Shown: piece after piece, positions 61,983-64,000 of the stretch
Numbering within the stretch: the first letter of the stretch is position 1
Layout: each line of letters opens with the position of its first letter
Assembly: GCA_013239625.1 (NCBI GenBank)
Contig: MU053934.1
Coordinates: 12,373,413 to 12,437,412, forward strand
Direction of reading: 5' to 3'
DNA length: 64,000 bases
DNA from: Lama guanicoe
Taxonomy: Eukaryota
Notes under the pieces: generated by a model
Databases searched by the model: none
Told to the model about the DNA's origin: nothing
Seen by the model: the letters and a program-made list of their open reading frames with translations, nothing else
Translations under genes and position numbers: made by a program

Positions 61983-63847
61983 ATTCTTCTGTGTGCAGAT
62001 ATCTAATTATTTATTCCAGCATCATATACTGAAAATACTATTCTAACCCCCATTGAATTGTTTTGGCACCCTTGTCAAAAGTCAATTGACTGTAATTGTG
62101 GGGTTTTTTTTTGTCATTTTTCAGTTTTATTAGGTGGAATTGTTACAGTTTAACTGCACATATACAACATACTGCATGTAAATATGTATATACAATATAC
62201 TGCACATTTTCTTTTTTAGTTTACAGTTATGTAGTGATCATTATTTCTAAAAACAGTTTAGAGATTTAGGTTTTTAGTGAGTGCTTATTTCTTGGCTCTC
62301 AGTTCTGTTCTGTCAATCTGTATGTCGTTCCTCATGCCAGAGCCACAGTGTCTTGGTTACTGTAACTTTGTGGTAAATTTTGAAATTGGGAAGTCCTCCA
62401 ACTCTGTTCCTTTTCAAGACTGTTTTGTCTGTTCTGGACCTCTTACATTCCCAGATGGACTTTAGCATCAGCTTGTTGATTGACATAGGATTTTTAGAAA
62501 CTATCCTTGAGATATTAATTTCTGTGTTGTGTTGGGGAACACAGTCTGCAAGATGAAGGTCTTTTGAGTATATTGAGGCTTCCTTTTTTGATTTAGTGTG
62601 TGGTTTATATTTGTAAATATTACTTGGTGTGTTCAAAAAGAATTTGGATACTTTGTCCTTGGGTGTAAATTTTGTGTTTCTTTAATAGTTTGAGCTTATT
62701 AATAGTATCCACATTTTAAAAACTGCAACTGTAGAAATAATACAGAGAGATTCCATTATACACTTTGTCCAGTTTCCCACCATGGTGACATTTTGCAAAA
62801 TTATAGTAAAATATCACATTGAGGAATTGACATTGGTATAGCCCACTGGTCTCATTTACAGTCCTTAGAGTTATTTGTATGGTATGTGTGGGTGCTTAGT
62901 TCTGTACAGTTTGCCATCTGAGTAGGTTCTGGATCTACTACCATAGTCGAAATGCTGAGTGGTTCCAAAGCCACGGGGATTCTTGTGTTGCTCTTTAATG
63001 ACCCCACTCGTGTCCCTCCCTCCACTACCCCTTCCTGATCCCTGACCAGTGGCAGCCACTAGTTTGTCCCCCATTTCTAAAATTCTCTCATTTCGAAGAC
63101 GTTCTGTATAGATGGAATCATACAGTATGTAACCTTTTGGGATTGACTTCTTTTGCTCAGCAGTAATTCCCTGGAGACGCATCCAGGTTGTTGCAGGTAT
63201 GGATGGCTTGTTCTTTCTGCTGCTGAGTGGTATTCCATCATATGGTCGGACCACAGTGTAAGCGCTCATCTGGACTGATTCCTGGTTTTGACTGTGACAA
63301 GTTGAGCTGCTGTGAGCATCCATGTGCAGGATTTTGTTTGAACTTAAGTTTTTTTCTCTCTCTAGGATAAGTGCCCAGGGCCAAGGCAGTTTTCACTTTT
63401 GGGTTTCTGCCGGCTGCTGCAGTAAAGGTTACAGAGGTTGACCAGGACTGTGAGTGCGTCTGTGTCTTGTCCTGCTGCCCCTTTTACCTGTATAACATTC
63501 CTCTTTGCCTCTAATTTTGTCTTAACTTTTAGTTTGTCAGATGTTAAGATTGTAGCTCAGATTTCTTTTGGTTCACATTTGCCTTGTGTATGTTTTTCAG
63601 TCTTTTTGTTTCTACCTGTCTCAGTTTTTAAAGTGTTTTTTGCAGTAAACAAATTGTTGGATACTGGGCTTATATAAAATTCAGCCTGAAAAACTATTTT
63701 ATTGATTAGTTTATCCCATATACAATTATTGAAATTATTATATTAGTGCTAATTTAGATACTCAGTTTTTTTAAGTGCCATTTGTTAAAAAGGATTATGC
63801 TTTCCCCATTGAATTGCTTTGCTACATTTGTTGAAAGTCAGTAGACC

Positions 63848-64000
63848 ATTGTTCACAGCAGCACTGTTTGTAATAGCCAAGACATGGAAGCAACCTAAAT
63901 GTCCATCAAGAGATGAATGGATAAAGAAGTTGTGGTATATATAGACAATAGATACTACTCAGCCATAAAAATAATAAAATAATGCCATTTGCAATAACAT
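63848..64000 (+). mobile_element. L1 ORF2 3' fragment running off the window
   Basis: atagccaagacatggaagcaacctaaatgtccatc...tggataaagaag. Confidence 0.85.

Overview
Mammalian genomic DNA, most likely a camelid, judged from repeated tRNA-Ala-like SINEs resembling Vic-1. The gene order matches the PLXNB2 - DENND6B - PPP6R2 block (human chr22q13.33 synteny, from memory). The left ~24 kb is GC-rich and holds the 5' end of PLXNB2 (- strand; non-coding exon 1 and intron 1) and a complete 20-exon DENND6B (- strand; CDS 23304->13165, 1743 nt, 580 aa, all introns GT-AG). The right ~40 kb is AT-rich and repeat-dense (L1, LTR, SINE, MIR) and holds the PPP6R2 CpG-island promoter plus two 5'-UTR exons (+ strand); no PPP6R2 coding exon was found. 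Most ORF-track entries are GC-rich noise. I see no new multi-gene system. The most notable oddities are: (1) a 266-bp tandem duplication inside DENND6B that copies frame-preserving exon 13 and creates a dead partial exon 14; (2) a DENND6B intron with no usable branch-point adenosine; (3) a mosaic, serially polyadenylated L1-driven insertion containing an antisense L1 segment with an ADAR-like A>G skew; (4) several separate L1 3'-transduction or orphan insertions; (5) a spliced 70-codon uORF across PPP6R2 exons 1-2. Gene and repeat-family names come from recognition, not database searches.
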